A stretch of 64,000 nucleotides of DNA from Moniliella sp. 'wahieum'. Its lineage: Eukaryota. The notes under the pieces were generated by a model that saw only the letters and a program-made list of their open reading frames with translations, did no database searches and was not told the origin of the DNA. Positions 12,446 through 24,600 of the stretch are shown here, one piece after another (the first letter of the stretch is position 1; each line of letters starts with the position of its first letter). Made by a program: the position numbers and the translations under genes. The stretch lies in contig RSEE01000047.1 of the NCBI GenBank assembly GCA_003971905.1, forward strand, positions 124,001 through 188,000, given 5' to 3'.

Positions 12446-14342
12446 TTAAACAGGGAGGGGACCAATGCGCACTTTGGTCCTGGGGTAAGGTGTGGAACTT
12501 GCGCATCTGCCCGGAACCAGCAAACGTGTGGAGCCCTCGGGTTGCCGCGACCGAACCAGGCCGGGGGCAGAGAAGCTGCGCGCTGCCTCGCCTTGTGGGT
12601 TAAACTTGTAGCCCCGTGTCACATCGCGCCAAATGTCACCGCAAGGCACTTGGGCTTCGAGCCGCGCGCAGAGCAGGAAGGCACCACTGAGCTTCCGGTT
12701 CAGCGAGTAGGTTTCCGGGGGCGGAGGGGTTTTGCGTTCCCGCAGCATGAGAGGGATGTTGCCACGGACTTTGTCGGTGATATCCTGGCCGGCAAAGTTG
12801 TAGGTTGCGCCGGCAGCGGTGCGGAAGGGGGTGCCGAGCAAGACCATCGAGTCCACGTGTGCTTCCACCATGGCTGGCGACTCTTCACCGGTAAGATAGC
12901 CAATCTTGCGAGACCAATAAGCGCACGCTTCCCGCTCGCCGCTGATGGCAGCCTGGAGCAATCGCAGCCACAAATCAATAAACCGTTGGCTGTACTCGCG
13001 CGTCGCACCAAAGTCAATCAGGCCGACCCGCTCCTGCACCGGGTCCCAGAGAAAGTTGGCATAGTTTGGGTCCGTCTGCATCGTTCGCCATTCAAAGAGC
13101 TCGAGCAAAGCGAGACGCATAATGGCTGAAGCTAAAAGGTTGCGTTGTTCTTGGTCAAGGTGGGCGGAACCTCCTGCGGCAGCAGCACGAGCCAAAGGAA
13201 GGCAGGGACAAACTCGGCGGTCAACACATCCTTTGTGCTCAGTCCGGGCACCACACGCGGTACCGAGAAGATTTTTCCGGCTCCCTTTGGGTCGGATTCG
13301 ACCAGGTGGCGCACCCGCTCCCCCATTCGCGCTTCTCGCACATAGTCACATTCGTCCACCAATTCTTCGGCCATCACCTTGAGCGACGATTCGAGAAACA
13401 GGCCCGGAGGCAAGAGAGACGAGGCGGTCAGGAGCCATTTGAGGTACCCCAAGTCCGAATCGATGCTTTTCCGAACGCCGGGGAATTGGACTTTGACAGC
13501 AACTTTGCGGCCACGAAGCCGAGCAGCGTCCTGCTCGGTCGCCACACCCAGTTCCTCTTTGGTCGCATGATGACTCAGCACAGCACGATGCACTTGCCCA
13601 ATGCTGGCCGCCGCAAAGGGCTGGAGATCAAACTCGGCAAAACGATGTTGCCAGTCATCGCCCAGCTCACGAGTGAGCACGGCGCGAAGCTGAGCTTCAG
13701 GCATAGCGTGTGCGCTGGCCTGCACGCGGGCCAGCACCTGTTCGAGCGGCCCGGGCATGTCGGGACGCACTTGGATGGAGAGAAACTGGCCCACCTTGGC
13801 GCCGCACCCCGCATCGTTGACAGCCGGTCGACCAAGCGGCGCATGTTGCTTTCGCTCATCCACCCGGCCCCGCCCGTGCTTCCAGACACAGCGGCGCCCA
13901 TGGCGCCCCAGGCGAGGCCGGCGCCGAGAGAGCCGTAGTGGAGCAGACGGCCAAAGCGGGAGGCAGGCATGCGCGCCGTCTTGTGTGGCGTGGCACCAGC
14001 ATGATCGGAACAGGCGTGGACGGGGCAGGCGTAGCCGCAGGCGAGGGCGACGCGGCCGCAGAGAAGCTGGTGGACGTCGCTGGTGGGGGGGGTGGCGGTG
14101 GGCGGCCAGCAGCGGGGGCCGAGGGATGGGGCGGGAGCGGTGCAGATGAGGGTGGCAATGGAGCGGGAGGAGACGGAGAGGGAGGAGACGGAGGCGGAGA
14201 CGGAGCCGAGGGAACCGAGGGAGCCGAGGGGGCAGAGGGGCAGCCGAAAGAGACGACGGAGGCAGCTGGAAGCGGAGGCTGCGCTGTGCGATCTGAGCCA
14301 GCGCGCGCCCACCACCACCGCTTCGGCTGTGCTGGGAGGCAT
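12446..14342 (-). CDS. COQ8: COQ8/ABC1 atypical kinase (coenzyme Q biosynthesis)
   Basis: MPASRFGRLLHYGSL, PFAAASIGQVH, VAVKVQFPGV, ECDY.REA, MQTDPNYANF, LIDFGATREY, PPPETYSLNRKLSGAFLLC. Confidence 0.93.
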
Positions 14343-14564
14343 GGCAGTCGACCAGGCAAGAGAGTGTGGAGTGTTTCCCGGTGGTGGTTTTCCCCGTCCG
14401 TCGTATTCATCAGCACCCCGAAGAAGACACCGCCCCTCCCCAGCCGTGACGTCAGCCCACGTGAGCGGCCGACGCTTACGCAAGCGGGCGCGCAGCCCCT
14501 TGTGGCGCTGCCACCACGGCCGGGGTTATCGACCCAGCTCCCACCCACCCCACCACACACCACC

Positions 14565-16752
14565 ATGGACGTCGGGCGGGCGGTGCATGCCTACATCGAG
14601 CGCGTGCTCGGCGGCGTGGCCGGGATGAAGGTGCTGCTGCTCGACCAGCACACCACTCCCATCATCAGCACCGTCCTCACCCAGTCCGCCCTGCTCGCCG
14701 AGCAGGTCTACCTCACCGACCGCGTCGACCACACCGCGCGCGAACGCATGCCCCACCTCGCCTGCATTGCCCTCCTCCGCCCCACCCCCGCCAGCATCAG
14801 TGCGCTGGTGACCGAGTTGCGCGAGCCCAAGTATGCGTCCTACCACCTCTTCTTCACCAACGTCGTCCCCCGCGCCTCGATTGAGGCCCTGGCTGAGGCC
14901 GACATTCATGCCGTCGTGCATGACGTGCAGGAATACTTTGCCGACTATGTCCCGCTCACCCCCTCCCACTTCACCCTCGATGCCCCGTACCCCCCACCGC
15001 CTCTGGCGCGCGACCCCTCTCGCGCCGAGTCCACCGCCAAGCGCGCGGCCGGCCACGATTTTCTCGATGCGTGGGACCCCGACGATTTGCAGCGGCATGT
15101 CTCGGGGCTGGTCGCTGCGCTGCTAAGCGTACGACGTCGCCCCGTTATCCGCTACGAGCGCATGAGTGGAATGGCACGCACGCTGGCTGCCGAGCTGCAA
15201 CGCCATGTCGGCGGCCCACCCGCCCCGGCCTCGGCGTCTGCCCCACCGGCTCCCGAGACAGCCAGTGCGCGCAGCCTGTTTGACACCCTTCCCATGCCCC
15301 AGGATGGTGGCACACTGCTCCTAATCCTGGACCGAAGAAACGATCCTGTTACGCCTCTTCTTACCCAATGGACGTACCAAGCGATGGTGCATGAACAACT
15401 CGGCATCCAACATGGTCGGGTCACGCTGTCCCGCGACCCAAACGGGGGAACCGAGGCAAACGAGGCCGCGCCGAAAGAAGTGGTTCTTTCTGCCGAAGCT
15501 GATCCGTTCTTTGGGGCGCACATGTACGCAACTTTGGGGACTTGGGTGCGCTGATCAAGCGATACGTGGAAGAATACCAATCGCGCACAGCCCACAATGC
15601 GCGCATCGAGACTGTGGCCGACATGAAGAAGTTTATTGAGGATTACCCTCAGTTCCGCAAACTGGGCGGCAACGTTTCCAAACACGTTGCTATTCTTGCT
15701 GAGCTGTCACGGCAAGTAGAGTCGCGCCGACTACTCCAAGTGTCCGAGCTGGAGCAATCCCTCGCGTCCGTTGAGAGTCATGGGGCGGACCTGCAAGCTG
15801 TCAAAGAGATGATTGATTCGACCATCGAGCCTGAAGCCAAGCTACGGCTGGCCATCCTCTATGCTCTCCGCTACCAACGTCATGGTGGGAACCAAATCAA
15901 AGCGGTGGCCAGCAGCTTAAAGACAATGGCTCTCTGAGCAACAAGTCTCCGTACGTCTCCTCGTTGTCCCCTGCCCCTCGGTACTGACTGACGTTCTCGT
16001 TTCCTAGCTGATTTGGGTTACATTGGCTATTGCCGGTGCGTCCCAGCGTCAAGATGATCTTTTCTCCAACGAGGTCTCTTTTCCCGAGGGAAGTCGGCGC
16101 TGAAAGGGCTGAAAGGGGTGGAGAACGTGTACACCCAGCACACACCCCATCTCCTCCGTACCATTGAGAGTCTCGACCGAGCCCGATTGAAGGAGATGTC
16201 CTACCCTCGTGCTGGGACCGACCCCTACACGCCCTACCAAGGCGCATCTACCCCTAATGCCACTGCCCCCGAACTGGGTACCGTTCCACGGCCTAGGGAA
16301 CTGATCCTGTTCATTGTCGGCGGCTCCACCTACGAAGAAGCACGCACCGTCGCTTTACTCAATACCCACCTGGCTCAGGGCGGTGTTGGCTTGGGTACCC
16401 AGCCCTCGGGATCGGGCACCAACACTCCCACCACCAGCGCCTCCGGGGCCCAACCCGGTCGCATCCTCCTCGGAGGCACGTCCGTCCTCAACTCGACTGC
16501 CTTTCTGTCCCTCTTGTCCGACGCGGCCTATAGTCCTGCCCCGGCGTTCCCAGCTAGCATCCTTCGCCCCTCGGGGGCCTCCTTGGGACCTGGGCCCCCA
16601 AGGCCCCCGGCGCCGCCAATGTCTTGACGGACGATCCACGCGCCCTCATCGCTCCGGACCGTCTCGTGGACGCTGCCGATGGGGCCAAGAACATTGCCCG
16701 AGGGTTGTTTGAAAATCTGCGCAAAGGCGTTGAAGGCTTCTCCCAACTATGA
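14565..16752 (+). CDS. VPS45: Vps45 (Sec1/Munc18 family); intron near 15950-16007
   Basis: MKVLLLDQHTTPIIS, LLLILDRRNDPVTPLLTQWTYQAMVHE, FRKLGGNVSKHV, ENVYTQHTP, FIVGGSTYEE. Confidence 0.93.
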
Positions 16753-17358
16753 GCATACGTCTCAGTGGGAACGAAGAGCTTCTCACCTCTTCCTCCTCCG
16801 TCTCTTGCCTGGCTTGACCCTCCAATCCATCCTCGTGCTCATCGGTCGTTGGATCGCTTCTGCCTGCCTGGATGCGGGCGCTCCGTAGACGCTGGTATGT
16901 AGCGGTGAATGAGGCCTACTGGTAGCGTGCAGCGCCACCCAAATTCCCCGCAAGAGCGTATCCGCAACGTGAGAGGACACCGATGTTACAGCGTGATAAT
17001 TGGCAGATGTCGATGGCCGCAAGTGGAGGCTACTAGCCCACAGGCCACAGGCCGCCTCGTTGAACTGTTCAAACGCGGAGTGGCAGCATGTCAGCATGAG
17101 TGCTGAGAGACACCCTCGGCGCTCCGCTCCGCCCGCGCGCCTGCGCCGTCCACACTACCCCTGGGCGGCCACCCCCTTTGCCCCACACGACACTGCCCGT
17201 GCGCCTGCTGCGCTGCCGCCTTCACGCCGGCGCCACGGACGGGCCCTGTGGCTGCCCGTCTTTCCTCTGCCTCCCGCACCGCCTGCCTCGACTTGCTTCA
17301 TCTCTCTTACCTCCACCTCTCCATCACTCTTACGACCACACACGCAACGCCCTTCACG

Positions 17359-18077
17359 ATGGCCTCCTTTATCGACAAGCTTCCTCCCCAGGTCCAAGGA
17401 CTCAAGAACGTCAACGTCCCTGCTCCCGTCAAGGCGGCGCACACCAAAGTACAGTACCATGTGGACTTGATCGACAAGGAGGTAAGCACACATCTTTCCC
17501 TACTCCACCCCTTCCGGATACATCTTCTGTTGCATCCACTAATGGCTCACTGCCTGCCATTTCAGCTCGAGAAATACCCTGTGCTTGTCAACCTCGAAAA
17601 GACGGTGAAGGTGAACAAGGCCTGGGGCACTATCGGCCTCTTCTGTCTGGTCACCATGGCCATCTTCTTCAACCTGGCCGCTAGCTTCCTTACCAACATC
17701 CTGGGCTTTGGACTGCCCGCCTACCTCTCCCTTGCTTCCCTTCAGACATTGGACACGAAGGATGACCAGCAGTGGTACGTAATCTCTCCGTGCCCTTTGA
17801 TTGCGCGTCATCCTATTCAGATATGAATACAAGCTTACCATCCCAACCTCTCATTTTTTCTCTTCACAGGCTGACCTACTGGGTCGTGTTTGGCTGTCTC
17901 TCCCTTATCGAGTCGTTTTCCAACGTCGTTGTCTACTACTTCCCCTTCTACTTCACGTTCAAGGCGATTGTCTTGGTGTGGCTGATGCTGCCCCAGACCA
18001 AGGGCGCTAAGCTGGTTTACGTCAAAGTCCTTCGCCCGGTGTTCTTTAAGGAGAAGCCTGCGGCCGACAAGGAATAA
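17359..18077 (+). CDS. YOP1: Yop1/REEP (TB2/DP1/HVA22) ER-shaping protein; introns ~17482-17565 and ~17775-17869
   Basis: LEKYPVLVNLEK, FGLPAYLS, DDQQW|LTYWVVFG, WLMLPQTKGA; canonical GT-AG introns. Confidence 0.92.
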
Positions 18078-19515
18078 ACCCGTTCAACTTGGAAACAAAA
18101 ACCATGCTGTTCATCTCCGCTGATCCGGTCCTAACCTCGATACCTTCTCAGCTGTATACGCACAGTGGGCATCACGGTCTCCAGCTATCACTGTGATATG
18201 GAGACCTACAACCGCGAATGTCCGTGCTGGGTACCCCCACGATGGCCAAATTACCGGTCCTCCGCGTATCCCTACATTTTCCTTTGCCTTTTCCTTTCAC
18301 CATCAGCTCACCCCTCTTGAAAAAGGCTGGCGATGTTACGGCCCATATCCTCTCTGTCCACTTCTGATTCTCCCTTGCGCGTTCTTGATTCTTCTGTCCC
18401 CCCTCCCCCCCTCCCTGATCCCTGAATGACGCAGTTTGCTGCGTGGGTACCTGATAGTATCCCCGTACAGTGCAGATAGCATTTTTCATGCTTTGATATG
18501 ATGGGCATCCCCCTTTTCTCTTTCCCCGCGAAACTATAGGGTAGTAGCCAGTGATAGCATGCCATGAGAAGTGGCAAAAGCTCTTCGAGTTCAAATGGAG
18601 TCTACTGGGCGGCGAAGAGGTCTGGTTCTCTTCATGCGATCTGGCCAGTCGGATCTCAGTGCTACTGACCCGGTCAGAGGCCTCTATATGCTAGAGACGG
18701 ACATCATGATGGCCCGACATGTATGGGTGGTAGGATATACCATTCATTGGTCCATCAGGGGTGCAAAAGACAACTATTATACCGTAGTCTCGTCTACCAT
18801 GTGGGCCAAGCTGACTATACTGCAACGGAGAAAAGAACGGAGCGAGTAGGTCTTCCTGTGCCGGACGCCCTCTTCCGACAGGGCACCCTTCTCGTTCTCA
18901 TCTGGAGCAACCCAAAGCTCTGGGTAGGGTACCGTCGATCCAGCAGCCCAAAGAAAAAAATGTGAGGCGCAGCGGTGAAGCGCGGTGGCGAGGGGGCGAG
19001 GGGGCGGCGGCGCTCAGTGTTGAAAGCGTTGTGAAATTTCTAGCACGGCAACATGTTGAACTCGCCTATAGCTCCGAGTCCGCACCATTGCTCCACACCA
19101 TTATAGGCGATGCATCCCCCACTGTATAACAGTTGCCTTTGTAAACCCATTCAGGACTACATCACGGTTGCAGTAACGCCTATGCTCATAGGACCACGTT
19201 GAACTGATAGCCTCTCATATCTGCTGAGCTGCAATGCTCATCTGCTCACGGCTCCTCGCCACTCTCATACGGCGAAGGTGGGGTAGGGGAGTGGTAGAAG
19301 CCAGCATCCAGGTCCGTTCGGCGAGAGCAGTCTATTTCGCGTAAGTACCCCAAAGAATTTATGAAATTGAAAATTGGTGGGCGCGATAACCCTATCATAA
19401 ATGCTGCGGCACATATTTCACTGCAAACCCTACCTTCGGTTTCCGTCTCGTCGTCGGCAGCTTCCACTCCCAGGTCCGCTCTCTCCAGCAACCAGCTCGC
19501 CAAGCACACATCAAG

Positions 19516-19642
19516 GTGAGTACCAACCTCTGCCACTCCGCCCGTCAGAGGGTGTGGCGCAGATTGACGGCGTCCCCAGATCCCACCCCTCCCGCGACCA
19601 CTGTGCGTCCTGAACAGAGCTAACCAGGCCCTCTGGAAGCAG
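19516..19642 (+). other. 5'-UTR intron of RPL34
   Basis: AAG|GTGAGT donor, GCTAAC branch at 19619-19624, CAG acceptor one base before the ATG at 19644. Confidence 0.7.
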
Positions 19643-19643
19643 A

Positions 19644-19981
19644 ATGGTCCAGCGTGTCACTCTCCGCAAGCAGAACCCCTACAACACCAAGTCGAACCGC
19701 CGCACGGTGGTCAAGACCCCTGGTGGCAAGGTGGTGACCAAGCACCTCAAGAAGCTCGCTGCCAGCCCCAAGTGCGGTGACTGCCACGCCCCCTGTCTGG
19801 CATCAAGTCGCTCCGCCCCCGCGAGTTTGCGACCGTGTCCAAGCGCCAGAAGACGGTGTCGCGTGCGTACGGTGGCTCGCGCTGCGGCGCGTGCGTGCGC
19901 ACCCGCATTGTGCGTGCCTTCCTGGTGGAGGAGGCCAAGATTGTCAAGCAGGTGGTCAAGAACGCTGCCAAGGCCAAGTAA
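19644..19981 (+). CDS. RPL34: 60S ribosomal protein eL34
   Basis: [18 protein letters not shown]...VKTPGG...PKCGDC, then (frameshift near 19790) [30 protein letters not shown]. Confidence 0.95.
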
Positions 19982-21031
19982 TGGACGGGTAGCCTGCTTT
20001 TTACCTTTCCATCCTACTTTCCCTTTCGCATCCCGTTATGGAATCGCGCTGGGTGCCAGGCTGCAGCGCAGGGACACATTGCTGGGATGATAGGTCGTCC
20101 TCTTGCACCTTCGCTTGCTCTCCTGGTTGCTTCTGCACATATCTCTATGGCTTATTCCTTCTTCCCCGGACTCTCATGCAGCTCCCCGGTGCGTTTCTGG
20201 GGGGCCTGGACGAGCTTCCCTCTCAAAATGCCATTCCTAGGCGCGCCTCCCACTGCGGGTGATGGTTACCATAGGGCCGACAAATTTAACTCCTAACCTT
20301 TCCCCGAGCCGTAGGCATGAGTTTTGATGTGGCTAAATACGTGTTGATGGCAGTATCGTGAGTCTCGCACCGTCGCTACTAATTGCATCGAGAAACAAGA
20401 AACGAGATCGTGGTAAGAGGCAAAGAGAAGCCGGGTTACGTCGATAATCGATCATTGGTAAGGCAGGATCAACAACTAGGCAGAGTCGAGACGTTACAAG
20501 CAGGCCCATCGGGTCCAGGGGGACAACGAAAACCCCAGATATGTGCACTGAAAAATTACAGAGGGCATCGATCAGGGAATCGGAGCAAATGGGGAGAATC
20601 TGGCGCTCTTGCCATATGGGGGCAGGGATGGATCACAGCATGTAGGAAACTGGAAACTGGGCTTTCGTTAGAATAAAAAGATACCGAAAGTGGACCATCA
20701 CAGAAGGGAAGGGTGTCGGTATTCAAAAACGGTACAAGTACAGAAAGACTGTGGCGAGACCAGAAAACGATATGGGCGCGAGTATACGAAGCACCAAAAG
20801 GCGGCAAAAGGCGAATCGTGTAGGTCATATCAGTCTCCCATGACGGACAAAGAAGAGGAAGAAGGAGCGCCCCAGTTATTAACAAGACGGGTTGTCATAT
20901 GCTTAGCATGCCTACTAAAACATAGCGTAAAAAGAGGGTTTGCGGTTGGCCGTTCCAACAACTTCTTGAGCCAAAGAGGAAGAGGGAGACAGACTTACTG
21001 CCACAACATCAGCGGAAGCAACCACAGAATC

Positions 21032-23212
21032 TCATGGCGCATGCTTGATGTGTTTCGCCCAGCGCAAGCCACATGCGTTGCACAAAGTTTTAGGACCGAG
21101 GGGCCCTTTGCGCCACTCCGGCGAATCGACACGGCCGCAATCAGCACAAACGTGATCCACAGCGTCTTGCTTGTTCTTCTCATTCTGCAACTTGGCTTCC
21201 GTCGACATCGTAGCCAAACCCATGGCGCACGCGTTCTCTACTACCCCAAGCACCAAGGATGGGTTCAAGGGAAAGCCGCCTCTTCTCTCGGTCGTCCATC
21301 GGCATGTTTACAGACCTGGTGGTGGCATTATGGGGCTGGGCAGTAGCTTCCGCCTCCGATGCTTGACGCAACACGGCCCGCAACCTCTCATTCTCCATTT
21401 TGAGTTGGAGAACGGAATCAACATTTTGCTGTGTGTAGGGCAGATGCGGCACGAGCAGAAAAAATTGCCGTTGTTGGTCTCGAACGCGATGAGCATTTTC
21501 CACAGCGTCTGCATCGTGCCTACTGTCATCTTCCCCCGTCGAAAATGCTGAAAGCCTAGCAGCCAGCACAGCATGAAGGGGATGTTGGGAACTGATGACA
21601 GAGATGCTGTCCAAATCGAGTTCTGGAACTTGGTGCGCTGTGCCGTTCACTGGCTTTCCTTCATTGGGCACATTCATGTTGGCCCTGGTGATGTTGGTCA
21701 CTTGGGACCAGGTCCTAGAGCCCTTTGCCATTTTCTCGTCCTCCCCAGACTCTCGAATCTGTGAGGGGTAACGGCAACTGGCATTGCATCCGTCATCATC
21801 AGGAGCAAAGTAAGGGTAGCAAGAAAATTGGCAGACGACGTAATGATTGTGCCAGCATGATGATGACCTGGGTTTGCACAGTAAACGAACACACAAGGCT
21901 CCAGCAGCGTCTGGGTGCTGCCGAGATGGATGCAACATTTCTTCCACCAACGCTACGTCATCGGGATGGATAAACTGAGACCGAAAGGTTAGATGAAGTA
22001 CTGCGAGGCAAAACAGAATAAAGGGTGAATAAATGAGATCGAGCTTACTTACCTCGACCAGCCTTTTGTTCTGCAACTCGGTCGTTGACCAGCCTGTTAA
22101 GGCAAAAATCCCAGGAGAGGTGATCAATATCCTTCCCGATGGTCCAGGACATGAACCACACTCGTGTCCTGGCCCATCCCTCGCCCGCCCTCGGCCTTGG
22201 GATTGGAAAAGTATCTTCGCCAATAGTCATCTGCTGATGGGATTGAGCGTCTGCAGTCATCCTCATAATTGTTCCATCGAGGTGCTGGACCGTGAAGATT
22301 TGTAGGCGCGTCTTCCATCCTCGTTTTTAAGCTCCACTTCAGCTCGTCGTCGTTCCTATTCATAATAGGCGGGATGATGTTTGTAGGCCAGAAGGAAGCA
22401 TCCTGTTCCAACCTTGTCAAAGGTTCATGCGGAAAAGCCTGGGCGGCTCTACTGGACTCTCCACCGCCAAGGTTGGAGAAAACGGGAAAAAAATCTTCCC
22501 TAAAAGTTGTTGAGACTGGCTGTTCCATGGGAATACCTGCACCCCAGGCTGGTAAGGGACTGCCCTTGCCGGGGGGATCAGGTGCTTCAGGGGAGCAACA
22601 GTCACAGGAAGTGGATGGTTGGCGGTCCAGGAAATATGGTTCTTGTAGCTGTGGGGCGAGAAGTTGAGGTGATGACACAGCAGGTACTACCGGTAAGGCA
22701 AAGGGAAAGCAGCCCGGAGCTCGCACGCCGTCCATTGAGGAAAGTTTGGCGGTGGTTGCAACAACATCTGGTTCATGGAATGGGCTCGCCAAAGCGGTAG
22801 GCGGCGGCATACTGTTTTCCTCTCCCAAACAAGAAAAAGTGTCGGGAAAGTGGTACTCATCGGCCATAGGAAGGAATGGGGACGGGAACGTGGGGGCAGC
22901 TGACGTGCCGTGGGCCAATAATGGACTGGTTAAAATGGAGGGGTCGGGGAGACCGGTAGTAGCCCAATACGGGGCCTCCATTTCGGATCCTCTATTGGGA
23001 TTCCAGGGGACGAAGAGCGGAGAGGCGGGAGAAGGCGTGCTGATATTGGGTGGGAGTAGCTGTAAAGAGATAGATGGCATTCGATGGGGTCCTTCAGTAG
23101 CATCCCTTGTTTCCAATAGTGAGGAAGATGCACCCGTCTCGTTGATCCCTGCGTTGGTCGGAAGAGGTAGAGCAGCCGCAGGGTAGGAAGAGGTAGGGTT
23201 GGTGGTGTTCAT
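21032..23212 (-). CDS. wc-2: White collar-2-like PAS + GATA zinc-finger factor
   Basis: PAS-like FIHPDDV..V; coiled coil [45 protein letters not shown]; intron near 21975-22050. Confidence 0.8.
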
Positions 23213-24600
23213 GCTTATAGTGGCGTTGGTGTGAGCACGACGAGGCTTGTGATTCTCCGCTCTCCACAGACACACGGCCCAAAACGCTGTGGACATGAAC
23301 CTTTGGACTTTTGGAGGACCAGCAGCGGTCTCGCCCGAACGAGAAGCAGGAGGCCACGAGCCAACAAAAGCTGCTGTGCTTCTTCCACTTTTCCGTGGAA
23401 AAAGATGAGGAGAAAGGGGCAGGAAGGTCCAGGAAATAGTCTGTATCTGCGTATCTGCTTGGGGGGGTAGATGGTGGTCTTGTTGGGATTGCGGGCACAG
23501 TTGTGGGGGCGGCTATCAGATGTGGCGACCGCGTAAGAGACAATCAGGGAGCGTAGGGTGTGTTTGTTGCGCCTGCCTATATATGCATTCCGGGGTGCGT
23601 TTGTTCTCTGGTGAGGACCACCGCGCTGTGACTCTTGCTGGCTTAAGAGTACCCAACCAAACGTGGGCGTACATCTGCTGCCGACACAGGGGCATAGAGA
23701 GGCTCAGAGCTTGACGTCTCGTCTGTCGCTTAGACAGCGACGTATTGGGTCAGTAGCTGGTCAGTACTGACTTTTCTGGCCCAGGCAATAGAACGCACTC
23801 CCAGGTTGTTAGTTCGTAAAGACTTCGTACTTTTGTGATAGAGGTGCATCTGTTAATCCCACTACTAGTGCCTTGTGTATTAATACAGCCCTCCGTGGAG
23901 AGTTGCAGCCGTGTGCCGCACACGAGATGGGTGTGCGGCCTAATACACAATCCCCCTCCAGCACTGCCTCTTTGCCTGCATGGATGTGCTGTATGGTACT
24001 GAACAAACGCTTTCCTGACTGTCTGCCAGGTGCGCGTCCTCAGACTCAAAGCCCCGCACCTATATAAGCCCTAAGGCCTAAGGGTCTATATATAACACGC
24101 TACTATGCGTCCAAAAGCCGAAGAACCCTGTATGAGGGCCTGAGGCCCTGACGCGCTGACGCCTGTACCCGATCATCGATCGATCATCTAGCCCTGCTCG
24201 TGACGTTGGCCAGTAATCGTGACCGGTGCTCTTTCCAGTGCTTTGGCCGGCCATCTCTCACAGCTGAATATTACCGCTGAGGCTCAGCGGCCAGGGAACA
24301 TGACTAGTGGCATATATAGATTGACCTTAATGGAGACAAAAGGGTGATTACAGGTACCTTGGAGTCTATATCATACGTACGGAGTCGGAGGTTTCCCAAC
24401 GTAACATGTAGTCACTTGTCTGGGAATATACACCCCACATGTTGCTCAGTACCACCGTAACAACAGCGGCGATGCCATCTATATATCTTTGTGAACAACG
24501 TGAAATGATGACATGTGGGAACGGACGCAGCTATGACCTTTTGGGTTTGGGGGCTGGGAGGGGTGAAACGAAAGTACAACACTGAGATCGGGAAGCCCAT

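Noticed and set aside
13938..14564. Long N-terminal extension of VPS45 and other long GC-rich overlapping ORFs
   Set aside because: These are antisense shadows of real genes in high-GC DNA; homology starts at the ATG at 14565.
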